NCBI GenBank assembly: GCA_047967505.1
Contig: CM106538.1
Length of the DNA stretch: 64,000 nt
Direction: 5' to 3' (one strand)
Source: Dipteris shenzhenensis
Lineage: Eukaryota
Position 1 is the first letter of the stretch. Each line of letters opens with the position of its first letter. The translations under genes were made by a program, and so were the position numbers. Shown here one piece after another: positions 38,958 through 51,319 of the stretch. The notes below the pieces were generated by a model that worked only from the letters and a program-made list of their open reading frames with translations, made no database searches and was not told the origin of the DNA.

Positions 38958-40463
38958 ACGTGCTAAACGTATTGACATGGCAACCAAAGAACATTCCAAA
39001 GAATTAAAGAGGCTTTTTGCCTATATTCAAAGAGAAGTACTCTTACTCATCGCACACATGGACAAGACAATGATCGGAAAAATTAGGGACGATGACACTC
39101 TGCTAGATGTATTCAAACAACATGTGATGCAAAGGCTAAATAAAATCAAAGAGGTGTCAAAGATACGAGATCAAGTAAAAGACATATTTAAAGATGTAAC
39201 TTGGTCAGAAGAATTGAAAAAGCATGTGACGACCATCATAGGAAACATCACATATCATGCACAATATGTAGATGAATCACTAACTTCGAATGAGAACTGT
39301 TTGGCTTGGCATAGTATGTGGAAACAAAGGAAAGCTCGTGGTTTATGAGCAAATTTGTACGTGCTAGCTAAGAAGAAGATTGGTCCAAATCCAACCGAGG
39401 AATATGTACATGCTAAAAAAAACACATCGGACAATGCTTCTATGTAAGAAGTGGACAGTACTGCTGCGACTTTTCCTATAGCAACCTATATTGCTTGGCT
39501 ACAAGATCATGCATATGAAATATATAAGGATAAAAAAATCGGCGCTAGGTTTGAAGGCCAACAAAATCAAAGGAGTATTAGGGATCAGTCTGATTGCTTA
39601 TCATGTAACCAAGAGTTTTAAAGGCAATGCAGAGAAAAGGGAGTCTACTTTCATGAAGGAATCAACAATGCAAGTTAAACATAGCATCCGAGTCCCCGGC
39701 CAATTGCTATGTCAATAAGTGCACCACATTGGATTTTCATGCCATATTTTAATGGAGGGACACTATACACATTTTTCAAAGAAACCAAAAAAAGGTTCAT
39801 ATATTGCAAACTTGAGTTAGATACAAAGCAAATCCCTGCAAATAACATAGAACAGGTTGGGACACTGGTACCAGAACTTTGTTTTTCTCTTTGCCTCGGC
39901 CTTCAGAAGCTGCACGAACAAGGTTGGATCCACAATGATTTGCATAGCAAAAATGTCCTTCTGGACTACGCAGCTACTATGTGAGTGCGGATTGATATTT
40001 GTGACTGGGGACGCCCTACATATATAATAAATTCAAAGGAGAACTTGTTAGCTAGACATTCTAGTGAGGAAGATACTGAGTACAAGAATAGAATTGAACT
40101 CGAAAGAGAGAGACTTAGCAAGATGGGATGGCTAGCTCCTGAGCTATACAATGGTACTACAAAAAAACCTTGGAGTACATCTACATTGGACATTTTCTCT
40201 CTAGGTTGGATATTCTCAGAGCTTTGTAAAATTAACCTTTACATAGCAAAATATGTACCTAGTTTATAGATTGTCACAGACCAAGCACAATAGTCAAGAG
40301 ATGTTAAACTAGTCCAATACATTTCCAAAAGGATGCTTAAACAACATCCAAATGACCGCATATCACTAGAGAGTTCATGCAATCTATTTTCATCGAGGAG
40401 AATCAAGCCTGATATATGTATGTGACCATTACAAGAGATGGGAGATGATATGATCCCAAATTA
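38958..40463 (+). pseudogene. Protein kinase with a helical N-terminal extension, divergent non-RD type
   Basis: HVTKSFK (subdomain II), FMKES (III), MPYFNGGTL (V), IHNDLHSKNVLL (VIb), ICDWG (VII), WLAPELY (VIII), DIFSLGWIF (IX), HPNDRIS (XI); stops and frameshifts. Confidence 0.88.
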
Positions 40464-41449
40464 ATTTTTTGATGTAATAAAGGAAAATCGAATATACAAA
40501 GTCATTCCATGCTGGCTGATCCTATATTCTATGTTTACATTGAATTCATAACTATTTAAAAAGCAAAAAAAGTTATGATATGAAGTTTTGAATTCCGGAG
40601 TTTTTAATAAATAAGTTCTAATACAGTAAAGATAGTATATCATCAACTTATGAGTAATTTAATTCAAGATAGTGGATTGACTAATTTCAAGTGTGCGACT
40701 AGTCCATGCAAACTACTTTTTTTTAAAGATCCAAGAAATCCCATTACAAGCTAGATTAATAATTTATTGTTCAATGATACCATATTTTGACATTGTTTTA
40801 TTATTTTTTTAACGTATTGCAGATGCATATGCTTGGTCTGTACAAGAACTTGCATGACGCTAAACTTGGAATATAGATACGCTCATTGAGATCCAGGTAA
40901 TATATTAGTCTCCTACCTAAGTCGCAATACTCAATCTCGACGCCTATATTCTCAACGATTTTAACTTCAGCGCACGGGGAAGGGCCCGTTCCCTCACATT
41001 ATAACTCTTTGGGGAAGGAAATGCGCTGCCTCCCCACCCACACTATGTGTGGTTATATAAACTATATATACATATATATATATATATAAATATATTTTCC
41101 ATTTGATATTTTTTTAAATAAATGTCTTTTGCATATTCTAAATTCTTCTTTTTTTGTTTCTGTGTCGAGGTGTTCGCAAGAAGGGAACGCTCAACCACAC
41201 ATGTCACTTTGACAGACCTGCTATTGTCAACTTAATTTATAATCAGGTATTTCTCTTTTTTTAATTTCTTAAAAAAAAAAGAAGGAAACTTTACAATAAG
41301 GGAAATCCTTCATAGTTTTGCAAATTTCATAAAGAAGAAACTCGCTACTTCAAGTTTGTTCTTTATTAATGTTGGATTATTTGTAGAACACATAAACTAA
41401 TTCTGTACTCACTTGCTTACGATAAATGCATGACACCGACATTTAGAAT

Positions 41450-42300
41450 AATGGCAATAGATAGGATCATCAAGAAATGACGCCTAGCTATACCTAAGGA
41501 CATTAGACAAAAAGAAAAGAAAATTAGAGCCCTCAACAATATCCTGGATGTTTCTAGACAGATTGCTAAGTGAATGGAATAGTGACTGCTCGCAACACAT
41601 TAAGAAGCTACAATTTTGTGCATCATGTGGAAAATGCGAGGTTTGGATTGGGAAAAGCAAGAAACTTACTGGGAAATTAGATTCATAGATGCAATAGTGC
41701 TTGTAAGACCGATCCAGACTATTTGCCAAGTGCAAGTATGGCTTTCCTTTCGACAACCATCCAAAGACGAAGGCATCTGTAGATCCACAGACCTATCGAT
41801 GGATGTACTACCGACTCAGCCAATAACACCAGAATGTGGTCCCATACTATGCTACAGTATTGGTATTATGGCAAGGGCACATGAACATTCATAGAATCAC
41901 AAATACCGGCCTCTCATACTACTTGCTAAAGTATGCCATGAAGACGAAGCCTATAGGAAATCTAAACTTGAATATTGAAGATGCAAAACGATTGGGCCTT
42001 GAGACACTTGATCCATTAAAGTCAAAGATGATTACCGCATATATGCTATCCAAGCCAACATCACCAACCGAGGCAACATTTACAAGTACCCACTATTCAT
42101 CGTAGCGAGGCTTCGTAGCGAGGCTGTATACTTAGTCGACTCCTCACCATTAGAGCTTCGACAAAGGTACTTGCGAAACTACTGTGTCACAACAATCCAT
42201 CCTATCGATACATATTATGGGCATCCAAGCATACTAGAGTAGCTTACATTTTATGAACATTGGAAGTCATTCACACCCCAAAAAGAACGAAGGCACAATA
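41450..42300 (+). pseudogene. Helitron Rep (HUH/Y2) domain remnant, internally deleted
   Basis: HRCNSAC..KCKYGFPF..RWMYYR..NVVPYYATVLVLWQGHMNIHRI..YYLLKYAMK contains the YxxKY catalytic motif. The HUH motif is not visible; an N-terminal CASCG abuts the HxC motif. Confidence 0.8.
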
Positions 42301-42339
42301 CAACACAAGGTACAATGATAGACTCATTCAACAACTATG

Positions 42340-43625
42340 TATATCCGACCTCGACCTTGACTGAAGATCAAAGAGCTATTTACCATAACATTTTTGAGAT
42401 AGCAACGGGGCTGCATATTGTTTGTGGCACACCTGGGTTAGGAAAGACGTTCATCACCAAGTACATAACTTATCATCATGTCCTACACAGGAAGTCCATA
42501 GTCTTGTCAGCGATGATTGGTGTTGCAGCATTATGATTGAGCCATCTTGCGACAACAGTCCATCATCAATTCGCACTTCCAAAGAAGAATGAGATGTTTC
42601 ATAGCACACTTTTCAAATTAGACGATCACTATTTTGCATTGCTCACTGCAGACACCATCATCATCGATGAGATATCCATGATGACATGTCAAATGATGAA
42701 CATGTTAGTCTGACAACTGTGTGAGATTTGCAACAGCAATACTCTAGATCCATTCCACTCCAAAAAGCTAATTCTTTTTTGTGACATGCAGCAGCTCCCG
42801 CCAGTATGCAAATGCAGAGTTGCTCCTAAGGAATATTGTCATAAGTGTCACATCAGCAACTCACCTTTCTGGAGAATGGCTACATTTCACCATATGCATG
42901 CCTCAATCCGGCACTTAGAAGATCCATATTTCAACAGCTTCTTAAACATCATTTGCACTATAACACCAATAGAAGATCAGATTAAACAATATCTCGTTGG
43001 GACAATCATCACAGATGAGGAGGCACAAAGCTTCATCGACACAGAGACCATTGATTTGTGCACGCACAAAGAGGATGCACAACAATATAACAATAATATC
43101 CTGAGATCACAATTTCCAATAACTGACATCATGCGAGTACAGGTTGTATAGAATGCAGATAACATTCCAGAATTACAAGATTGGACAATCGATCGGGATT
43201 TCCATGAGCTTCAGCACGTAGCAATTGGTGCTAGGATCATGCTAACAAAAAATATTAATTTGACAATAGGATCTGCCAATGGGGCAATAGCAACTATTCG
43301 TAACCTGGAGTGGCATGAAACAATAGGCATGTTGACAAAGATTCATGCCATTATCTCTTCCACATGTGAGCCTATTACACTCAGATGCTCGAAGCACACA
43401 CGAAAGGTCCTGAACGCGGAACTTGGTACCACAAGACAACATTTCCAATCACACTCGCATATGCGATAACCAGACACAAGTTACAAGGCTTGACACTACA
43501 TGGAATGATATTAATCATTATACGTGAATCGTTTGCTCCAGGATTGATGTATGTTATGCTGTCTCGAGTCACGAGCCGCCGGTGACATCTTCATGTCTTG
43601 CATAGCATAAAACCTTTCGACTTCG
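42340..43625 (+). pseudogene. PIF1-family helicase (Helitron Hel domain)
   Basis: GTPGLGKT, IIIDEISMM, CDMQQLPPV, GARIMLTKNINLTIGSANG, FPITLAYAITRHKLQGLTL, LMYVMLSRV. Confidence 0.93.
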
Positions 43626-43868
43626 TGTGCCCATGCCTCATATAGTATACCCACAATGTAATTAAAAAAGGTAATATCCCTTCACCATCCATGAATCGAT
43701 ACGATATTTTTATTAATTAATAGCTAAAATGCTAAATATACAGTTCAGCATATAATCTCAAACCTGTGCTTTGAAGCCAATCAAGCATTCTACATTCCTT
43801 CCTTGTATAACTTAGTCACTATTTATTTTGGTAGATCGTACAAAAGGGATGCCTCTTTTTTTCAAAAA

Positions 43869-44585
43869 ATGGCTACTACAAAAGAGGTACGTATGCATGC
43901 GTAACTATTTTCTTTGAGAAAACCATTCTATTTAACATCAATCTACATTTATTCATACATTCATTTTCATTTTTCAGCTTTTCCAACCATTCAAACGAAA
44001 AGCTATAGAAAAAAAGGAAGATGAAGAATGCGCCTTAAAAAAACATAAAAAAGAAAGCAACATTTTCTTCAATGATAAATAGATGAGAAGAGCAAATGTG
44101 GCAGGCATGCAACCACAAGAATTAGTATCTTTGGATTTAACTCATACGAGAAATACCATCCCTTGATGGCAAAAGTAACGCAGATTCTGCAGCATAGACC
44201 TAGGGGGAGCAACGAGCTCATAGATGGATTGATAAAACACATTATACAAAAGCTATCCAATGTCTAGGAGACCATGGATGAGTTGTTGCCCTGCACAAAA
44301 GCACAAGTGATACTTGATAAACATACCAAGGGAATACCAATCTTTTGCATAACAATTCTACACTTTGCCTTCAACGTCGAACTTGAAGAGCTTGCCAATC
44401 TTGACAACCAAGTAGCTGATAGCATATCACAACAATTCAAGGATGCATACAATCTACAGCAAGGCAAATGGCCAATAACCATTGACAAGATAGCATACAA
44501 AATTGATCTAGAATTTGGAGAAAAAAACTAGGGGCCATCAGCAGCAATCTTCCCAAAAAGCAGCCTAACCCTACCCACAATACAT
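43869..44585 (+). pseudogene. Unknown intron-containing ORF downstream of the helicase, cut by Copia insertion
   Basis: Short exon ATGGCTACTACAAAAGAG|GTACGT, acceptor TTTTTCAG at about 43977, then a long mostly open frame (ORF 44274-44531). No recognisable motif. Confidence 0.45.
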
Positions 44586-47500
44586 TGAGAAGATTGTGGA
44601 AGAGAGGGAAGGAGTCTCACTTGCGGCTTTCTCACATGCATAATGGGGGAATACACACAAAGGTGGAGGCTGAAAACAATTTTCCTCTTCTTAGTTGTGA
44701 AAGCCAAAAGAACACAAGTACAAAGAAATAGAAGAACCCTATATGTGGGTCTCAAAACCAAACTCAACTAACTAAGGTGGCATACTAACTGAGCCACGAA
44801 CTAGTGTAGATAAGGATAGCTGTCATCCAGCTATTATTCATGGGCGGTGTACCAACCGCATCTCCAGCTAACAAGTCGGTGACATAGGTACACAACGGTC
44901 ACCCTAGCATATCTCGAGTGGAGCTCGATATCTCAAGACTCCCCCTCGAGCTCAATCCCAAATCCTGCACACCAAGTAGGTCTCTGAACTTGCGCAGCTT
45001 CTTTGCGCCCAATGCTTTCGTGAATATGTCAGCTACCTGATCCTCTGTGCTGACATAAACTAGATCAATAAGACCTAGTAAAACCTTCTCCCGCACATAG
45101 TGATAATGCACCTCAATGTGCTTTGTTCTGGCATGAAAGACTGGGTTCTTTGCCAAATGTATACTACTCATGTTGTCACAATAAATGACAACCGGCCCCC
45201 ATCTGTAGACTGATGCATATCATAGAGTAGCTTATGCAACCAAGCTACCTCACATGCAGCCATTGCTGCACCCCTGTACTCAGCCTCTATGCTTGACAAG
45301 GCAACTGTAGGCTGTTTCTTGCTGCTCCAAGTGACTGCAGCACTCCCAAAAGAGAACACATATCCACTGGTAGATCGTCTATCTGAAATACTACCAGCCC
45401 AATCAACATCAGTGTATCCATGGAACTGTATCTGAACCCCAGCCTCATAAAATAGTCCATACTGCAATGTGGACTTCACATACCTGAGTATGCGTCTAGG
45501 CGCATCCAAATGCGGTTTCCTTGGAGCCTGCATAAACTGACTTACCAACCCAATAGCATAGCTCAAATCTGGCCTGGTAATAGTCATGTAAATCAAACTT
45601 CCTACTATGCGTCTGTACATAGTAGGGTCTTCCAGAAGCTCACTTGCATCTGTGCTCAGCTTCACATTCTGCTCCAAAGGAACTGAAATAGGCTTATAGC
45701 CTGTCATCCCATATTTGGACAGCATGTCCAATCCATACTGCCTCTGCAAGAGCTGTATCCCACTTGGTGATCTAATCACCTCAATTCCCAAGAAATAACA
45801 CAGCTCTCCCAAATCTTTCATCTCAAACTTCTGCCTCAATAGCATTTTCACATGAAGGATATCTTCATCACTATCACCTGTGATGATCAAATCATCAACA
45901 TAAATGACCAGCAGCATAATCCCTTTCTCTGTTTTTCTCACATAGAGTGAGAAATATGCCTTGGAAATCTGAAAGCCAATAGTGACAAGATACTGTCCTA
46001 TCTTGTCAGACCATGCTCTAGGTGCTTGCTTCAAGCCATACAAGGCTTTCTTCAACCTGCAAACAAACTCAGGATGAGTAGCATGAACATAACCTGCTAG
46101 CTGCTCCATAAAGACCTCTTCTTGCAAATCACCATGCAAGAAGGCATTCTTTACATCCATCTGATGTAAAGACCATCCCTTTGACGCAGCCATAGCAATG
46201 GCTGCTCTTACGGTTGCCATCCTTGCAACTGGGCTGAAAGTTTCTTCATAATCAATGCCATATCTCTGTGCATACCCCTTGACAACTAATCTTGCCTTGT
46301 ATCTATTCACAGAACCATCTGCATTGTGCTTGATCTTATAAGTCCACTTACAACCAATTGCATTCTTGCCTTTAAGCAAAGGCACCAATTCCCATGTAGC
46401 ATTAGCATCCAAGGCATCCATTTCTTCATCCATGGCTTTCTCCCATTTTTCATTTCCCATGGCTTGCTCAAAAGAAGTGGGTTGTGGTTCCTGTATCACT
46501 TTGACCATATAGGCATAGTGAATGGCTGTAAATCCATCATATTTCAGCCTATCCACAGGATACCTAACCCTGGTAGACCTGCACAAAATAGGCTCACTTC
46601 CAGGTGCTCTCAAAACATCCCTCGTCTTCCTTACTCCAGGTGTAACAACAGAAGGAATACCCAACTCATCATCAATGCTCTGTTCTGAGCCACTGGATTC
46701 ACCATCCACACAAGAGTGACCTGCATTCACATCATACATGGGCTGATCTACCTTCTCTTTCCCTTTTCATGATACTTGCGTACCACTCTCTGCATTGCTT
46801 TGAGGGGATTCTCCTGATCTCAATCTGCCTGTGTCCATGGCGAAGTATGTGAACCACTGGTAGAGGACACTCCAGGTCCACTGATATTTTGTGATTGCTG
46901 CTGTGCATTCTGTGCAGCATTACCATTTTGTGCATCTACATCAATCATCACATTTACGGGTTTATACCAGCTGCTCATCTCATCAAAAACAACATCTCTG
47001 CTCACTGTGAACTTACGTGTAGAAGGGTTATAGCATCTATACCCTTTCTGCTGCAGAGAATAACCAATAAAGACGCACTTCTCAGCTTTTGGATCCAACT
47101 TGGACCTCAGCTTATCTGGCACATGGACATAGGCAATGCAACCAAAAATCTTCAAATGAGAAATATCTGGTTTCCTACCAGTATACATCTCCTTTGGCGT
47201 CATGCCATGTATTGCTGCAGTGGGAGTCCTATTCATTATATAGACTGCTGTAGCAACTGCTTCAGCCCAATAATAATATGGTAGATCTTTTTCATTTAGC
47301 ATAGCCCGAGATACCTCTCCAATATGCCTGTTTTTTCTTTCTGCAATTCCATTTTGCTGTGGGGTATGACTGCATGAATATTGATGGTATATACCATGCT
47401 CCTGCAAGAACCTTGCAAACTCATTTGAGAGGTACTGTCCCCCTCCGTCTGACCTTAGGCATTTTATTTGCAGGCCTGTTTCTTTTTCAACCATAGCTTT

Positions 47501-50103
47501 GAAAGCTTTGAAGTGTCCAAACACTTCACTTTTCTTTTTCATAAAATACACCCACAGTTTTTTGCTGAAGTCATCAATAAATGTGATAAAATAGTGACAG
47601 CCTCCAATAGATGCAACTTTTGTAGTCCACACATTAGAGTGGATTAATTCCAATGGCTTCGTACTCTCTTGAACATGCCTAGGAAAAGGTTTCCTTACCT
47701 GTTTCCCAAATTGACAGGCTTCACAAACCTTGTGCATTTCTGCAACCTTGAATTTAGGCAATCCTGCAACAATATTTTGGGCTTGCATTGATTTAAGTCG
47801 CTGTATATTAACATGACCGATGCATTTGTGCCAGATATCAATATCTGCAACTACACCGGTCCCATGTGCAAACATTGCTGCACTCAATTCAGACATGTCT
47901 GCATCCAACGTAAACATCCTGCCCTTCTTCTTTCCTTTTGCTATCAAGCGACCATTATTTTTCATATCCTCAACAAAGCATCCACGAGGATTAAATCTGA
48001 CCTGCAAGCCCTGCTCAACCATCTGACCAACAGAAACTAGGTTCTTGGTGATGTTCGGGACATGAAATACATCAGACAAGTATTTCTTTTTCCCATCCTG
48101 CATAGACAAAGGAATTTTGCCAAGCTGCACAATAGGATGTGCAGTATCATCACCAGTCTCCACAAATCCTGGCTTTTCCATTCTCCTTGCATCTTACATC
48201 CATTCTGCATGACCTGTCATGTGGTTTGACGCACCTGAGTCAACATACCACACATCATTTTGTTCTTCTGCACTTGTCACAGAATTGGTCATATGCTGCA
48301 CCATAAATAGATGCTCATTTCTATCATCACCCTGCCTGCTAGAAGATGCATAATTACCTTGTTGCAATTTTCCATTCATAATGTCATTCTGCTTTTTGTA
48401 GCAGTCCTTAGCCATATGACCCATTTTGCCACAATAGTAGCATTCAACATTGCTATTTGCATTTTGGCTTCTCTGCCATCCACCATGACCTCTTTGGCTC
48501 TCCCTGACTCTAGAGTTACCATGTCCTCCTGCATAGGACTGGTTTTCTCGCGTTTGCTGCATATTCTGATTTCTACCACGGCCTGCAGATCGGCCTCCTC
48601 TACCTCTACCTCTACCTCTACCAGCATTTGAGTAGAAGACAATTTCTTTTGAAGTTCCTGCTGAAGAAGATGCACCACCATTTCTCTGCTCTTCAGAAAT
48701 TAGAAGAGCAATCAGCTCCTCAAAATCAGAAAATTTTTCACGGACGGCAATGGATGTCCGGAACTATGCATAATCCTTTCCTAGACCATTCAAGGTCACA
48801 GAAACCAAATCATCATCATCCACTGGCTCAAATTTTCTCTCTGCACATTGTGCAACTCTTGTTTGAGTTGCATTTTCCTGGCTTGCGTATTTGTGCTGTA
48901 CATTTTTGCCAAAGTATCCCATGCCTCCTTTGGCGTATTTGCATCCTGAATATGCACAATCATGGAGTCCGAAATGCTGATAGATAGCCAGTACATAACT
49001 TTCCTGGCTCTCTCATGCCATCCTTTGAATGCCTGCATTTCCTGTTGACTGGGAACATTAGGAAGAACAGGTTCTTCTTCATTTCCTGTAATGAATTCCC
49101 AATAGCCTTTTCCCATCAAGAAATTCGTCATTCTAAACTTCCATGCCTGGAAGTTGTTCTTGTCAAGCTTTTCAGTGACAATCTGTGAAAGAGAATCATA
49201 TGCCATTACACAACACTGCAAAATATTATGTCACTGCAAAAAACACAGCTTTTGCCTCACACGGGCAGATCTGCAAAACTGACAAAAGTGGTATTTCACC
49301 ACACAGTCACTTCCTAGTGACGATTTTGCATCAACAGGCAATAGGCATCAATCTGCAACTCCCAATATCTCTGCACACAGGCATACGATGCAATTTCTGT
49401 GGCACCTTTCCACCGATTAGCCGCGCAGTGGTCGCACAGCCAAAAACAGGGCCTTTTTCTGAGTGCCTGCAAAGGACTTCCGCCTTCAAAACGGGCCCCG
49501 AAACGGCCTCAAATCAGAAAAATAACCTCACTAGAGGCTTTGCCCTGTCCTGCAGCATATACTGCGCTCTCGCAACACCGCGAAGGGCGTCTCAATCTGA
49601 AACAGTGCACTCCTGCACTTCTGGCTGTGCTACCTGCAGAGATTTGCTCCCAAACTCAAAATAGGAAAGCAACACTGGTCCTCTTACCAGGACACCACGA
49701 ACTTGGCTTGCTTTCTTGAGCTCCTTACCATGAACAAGGCTCTGATACCATGAGAAGATTGTGGGAGAGAGGGAAGGAGTCTCACTTGCGGCTTTCTCAC
49801 ATGCACAATGGGGGAATACACACAAAGGTGGAGGCTGAAAACAGTTTTCCTCTTCTTAGTTGTGAAAGCCAAAAGAACACAAGTACAAAGAAATAGAAGA
49901 ACCCTATATGTGGGTCTCAAAACCAAACTCAACTAACTAAGGTGGCATACTAATTGAGCCACGAACTAGTGTAGATAAGGATAGCTGTCATCCAGCTATT
50001 ATTCGTGGGCGGTGTACCAACCGCATCTCCAGCTAACAAGTCGGTGACATAGGTACACAACGGTCACCCTGGCATATCTCGAGTGGAGCTCGATATCTCA
50101 ACA
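44586..50103 (-). mobile_element. Complete Ty1/copia element A (defective gag-pol about 44899-49206); LTRs 44586-44938 and 49751-50103
   Basis: 353-bp near-identical LTRs, TSD TACAT, Met PBS 49739-49750, PPT 44939-44947, gag-PR-INT-RT(YVDD)-RH order, frameshifts and a small gag deletion. Confidence 0.97.
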
Positions 50104-50210
50104 TACATAACATCCTTTCGAAGTATATATATTTTTCCATATAATAGATTTAACTTTCACTCATACTTTATTCAATTTTATGAACAGGAGACACAATTAA
50201 GGAACCAACC

Positions 50211-50460
50211 ATGTCAAACAACAATACCACATCGGTAACAAATTTTATCTATTGCATCACTTGTCTACGAAATGGGAAAAAATATATTGGACAACTACAT
50301 ACATTGAAACACGTCTGAAGTGACACAAAACTAACCCACCATCTAAAATGATCGATGATGTCCATAAGTACAAACCATTTGAAAAACACTTCAACGTGGT
50401 CTTGGCATTAACTCTGAATATAGTGGAAGCGAATAACTTAGAACATCAACTCGAATGGCC
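50211..50460 (+). pseudogene. GIY-YIG endonuclease domain
   Basis: Manual translation: NFIYCITCLRNGKKYIGQ, 1-nt frameshift, TTYIETRLK*HKTNPPSKMIDDVHKYKPFEKHFNVVL..EANNLE. The (G)IY and YIG motifs, Arg, His and the downstream Glu are at the expected spacing. Confidence 0.8.
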
Positions 50461-51319
50461 CAACCAGGACTGGGCATTTTGATGATTCTATAGCTTGGCT
50501 ACGATGTCGACCACCTGGATTTGATGCTTGGAAGGATATTTGATTGAGCTATGATGCTCAAGAGTGTGTTGTGTGGACTATGATGTCCTTTGTTTCGTGA
50601 AGCTATGAGGTTTTGATTTTGTTTGAGTGGTTAGTTGTAATGGTGACAAGTTCGGTAGGAATGAGCCAAAATTTTTGTTGTGATTTTCTGTTGACACCCT
50701 CTTTGGATCAAGGAGGGTGTTGGAGGGGTGATCCTTGTAGGAGTGGTAGCAAAGACACAAGTTTGGAGACTGCTCACGATTGGTTGATGTTTGCTGGTTG
50801 GCACTTGGTCATTGGACCATGCAAGTGATCAAGTGTCATTGGAGAATCAAGCAAGACGTGGACACTTGGTAGTTCAAGAGAAGAACTACACGTTGCATGG
50901 AGGTGGTGATCCTTGACGATTACAAAAGACTTCACATCGAGTTGATATGTCCTTTTGTCATGATCTCATGAAGAGCATGAGAGCCATGAGGTCAGAGTTT
51001 GATAGATAGTCCTCCGTTGTGCAGTTGTTCATCAGTATACTAGGTTATAGTCGAGTCTTCTTAAGCCAAAAAACTTGGTAGAGTTGAGGCGTAGATTTTG
51101 ATTGAATAAAGGGATTGATTATGTGATCTATTTTGCCTTCATCTGATCGTGTCATGAGATTATCTATTGAGTAAATATTTCTTAGTTTATGCGAAGAGTG
51201 AATCTCACAAGCAAAGGATTGTTTATTCACTCTGATTTCCAACACTTTTTGCATGCTGAAAAGTAAAGTCATTAGCCACAAAAAAGTTAGTATTTCATGA
51301 CTCATGGTGGTGGATAGTG

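Noticed and set aside
42340-43625. Host PIF1 DNA-repair gene
   Set aside because: Directly preceded by Helitron Rep motifs and full of stops.
38958-50460. Endogenous giant-virus fragment (kinase, helicase, GIY-YIG)
   Set aside because: No capsid, polymerase or other viral core gene is visible. The Rep motif and spliceosomal-type introns fit a Helitron better, though a viral origin of single domains is not excluded.
50505-51319. Possible LTR fragment of another retroelement
   Set aside because: Composition is LTR-like, but no partner, PBS, PPT or TSD is present in the window.
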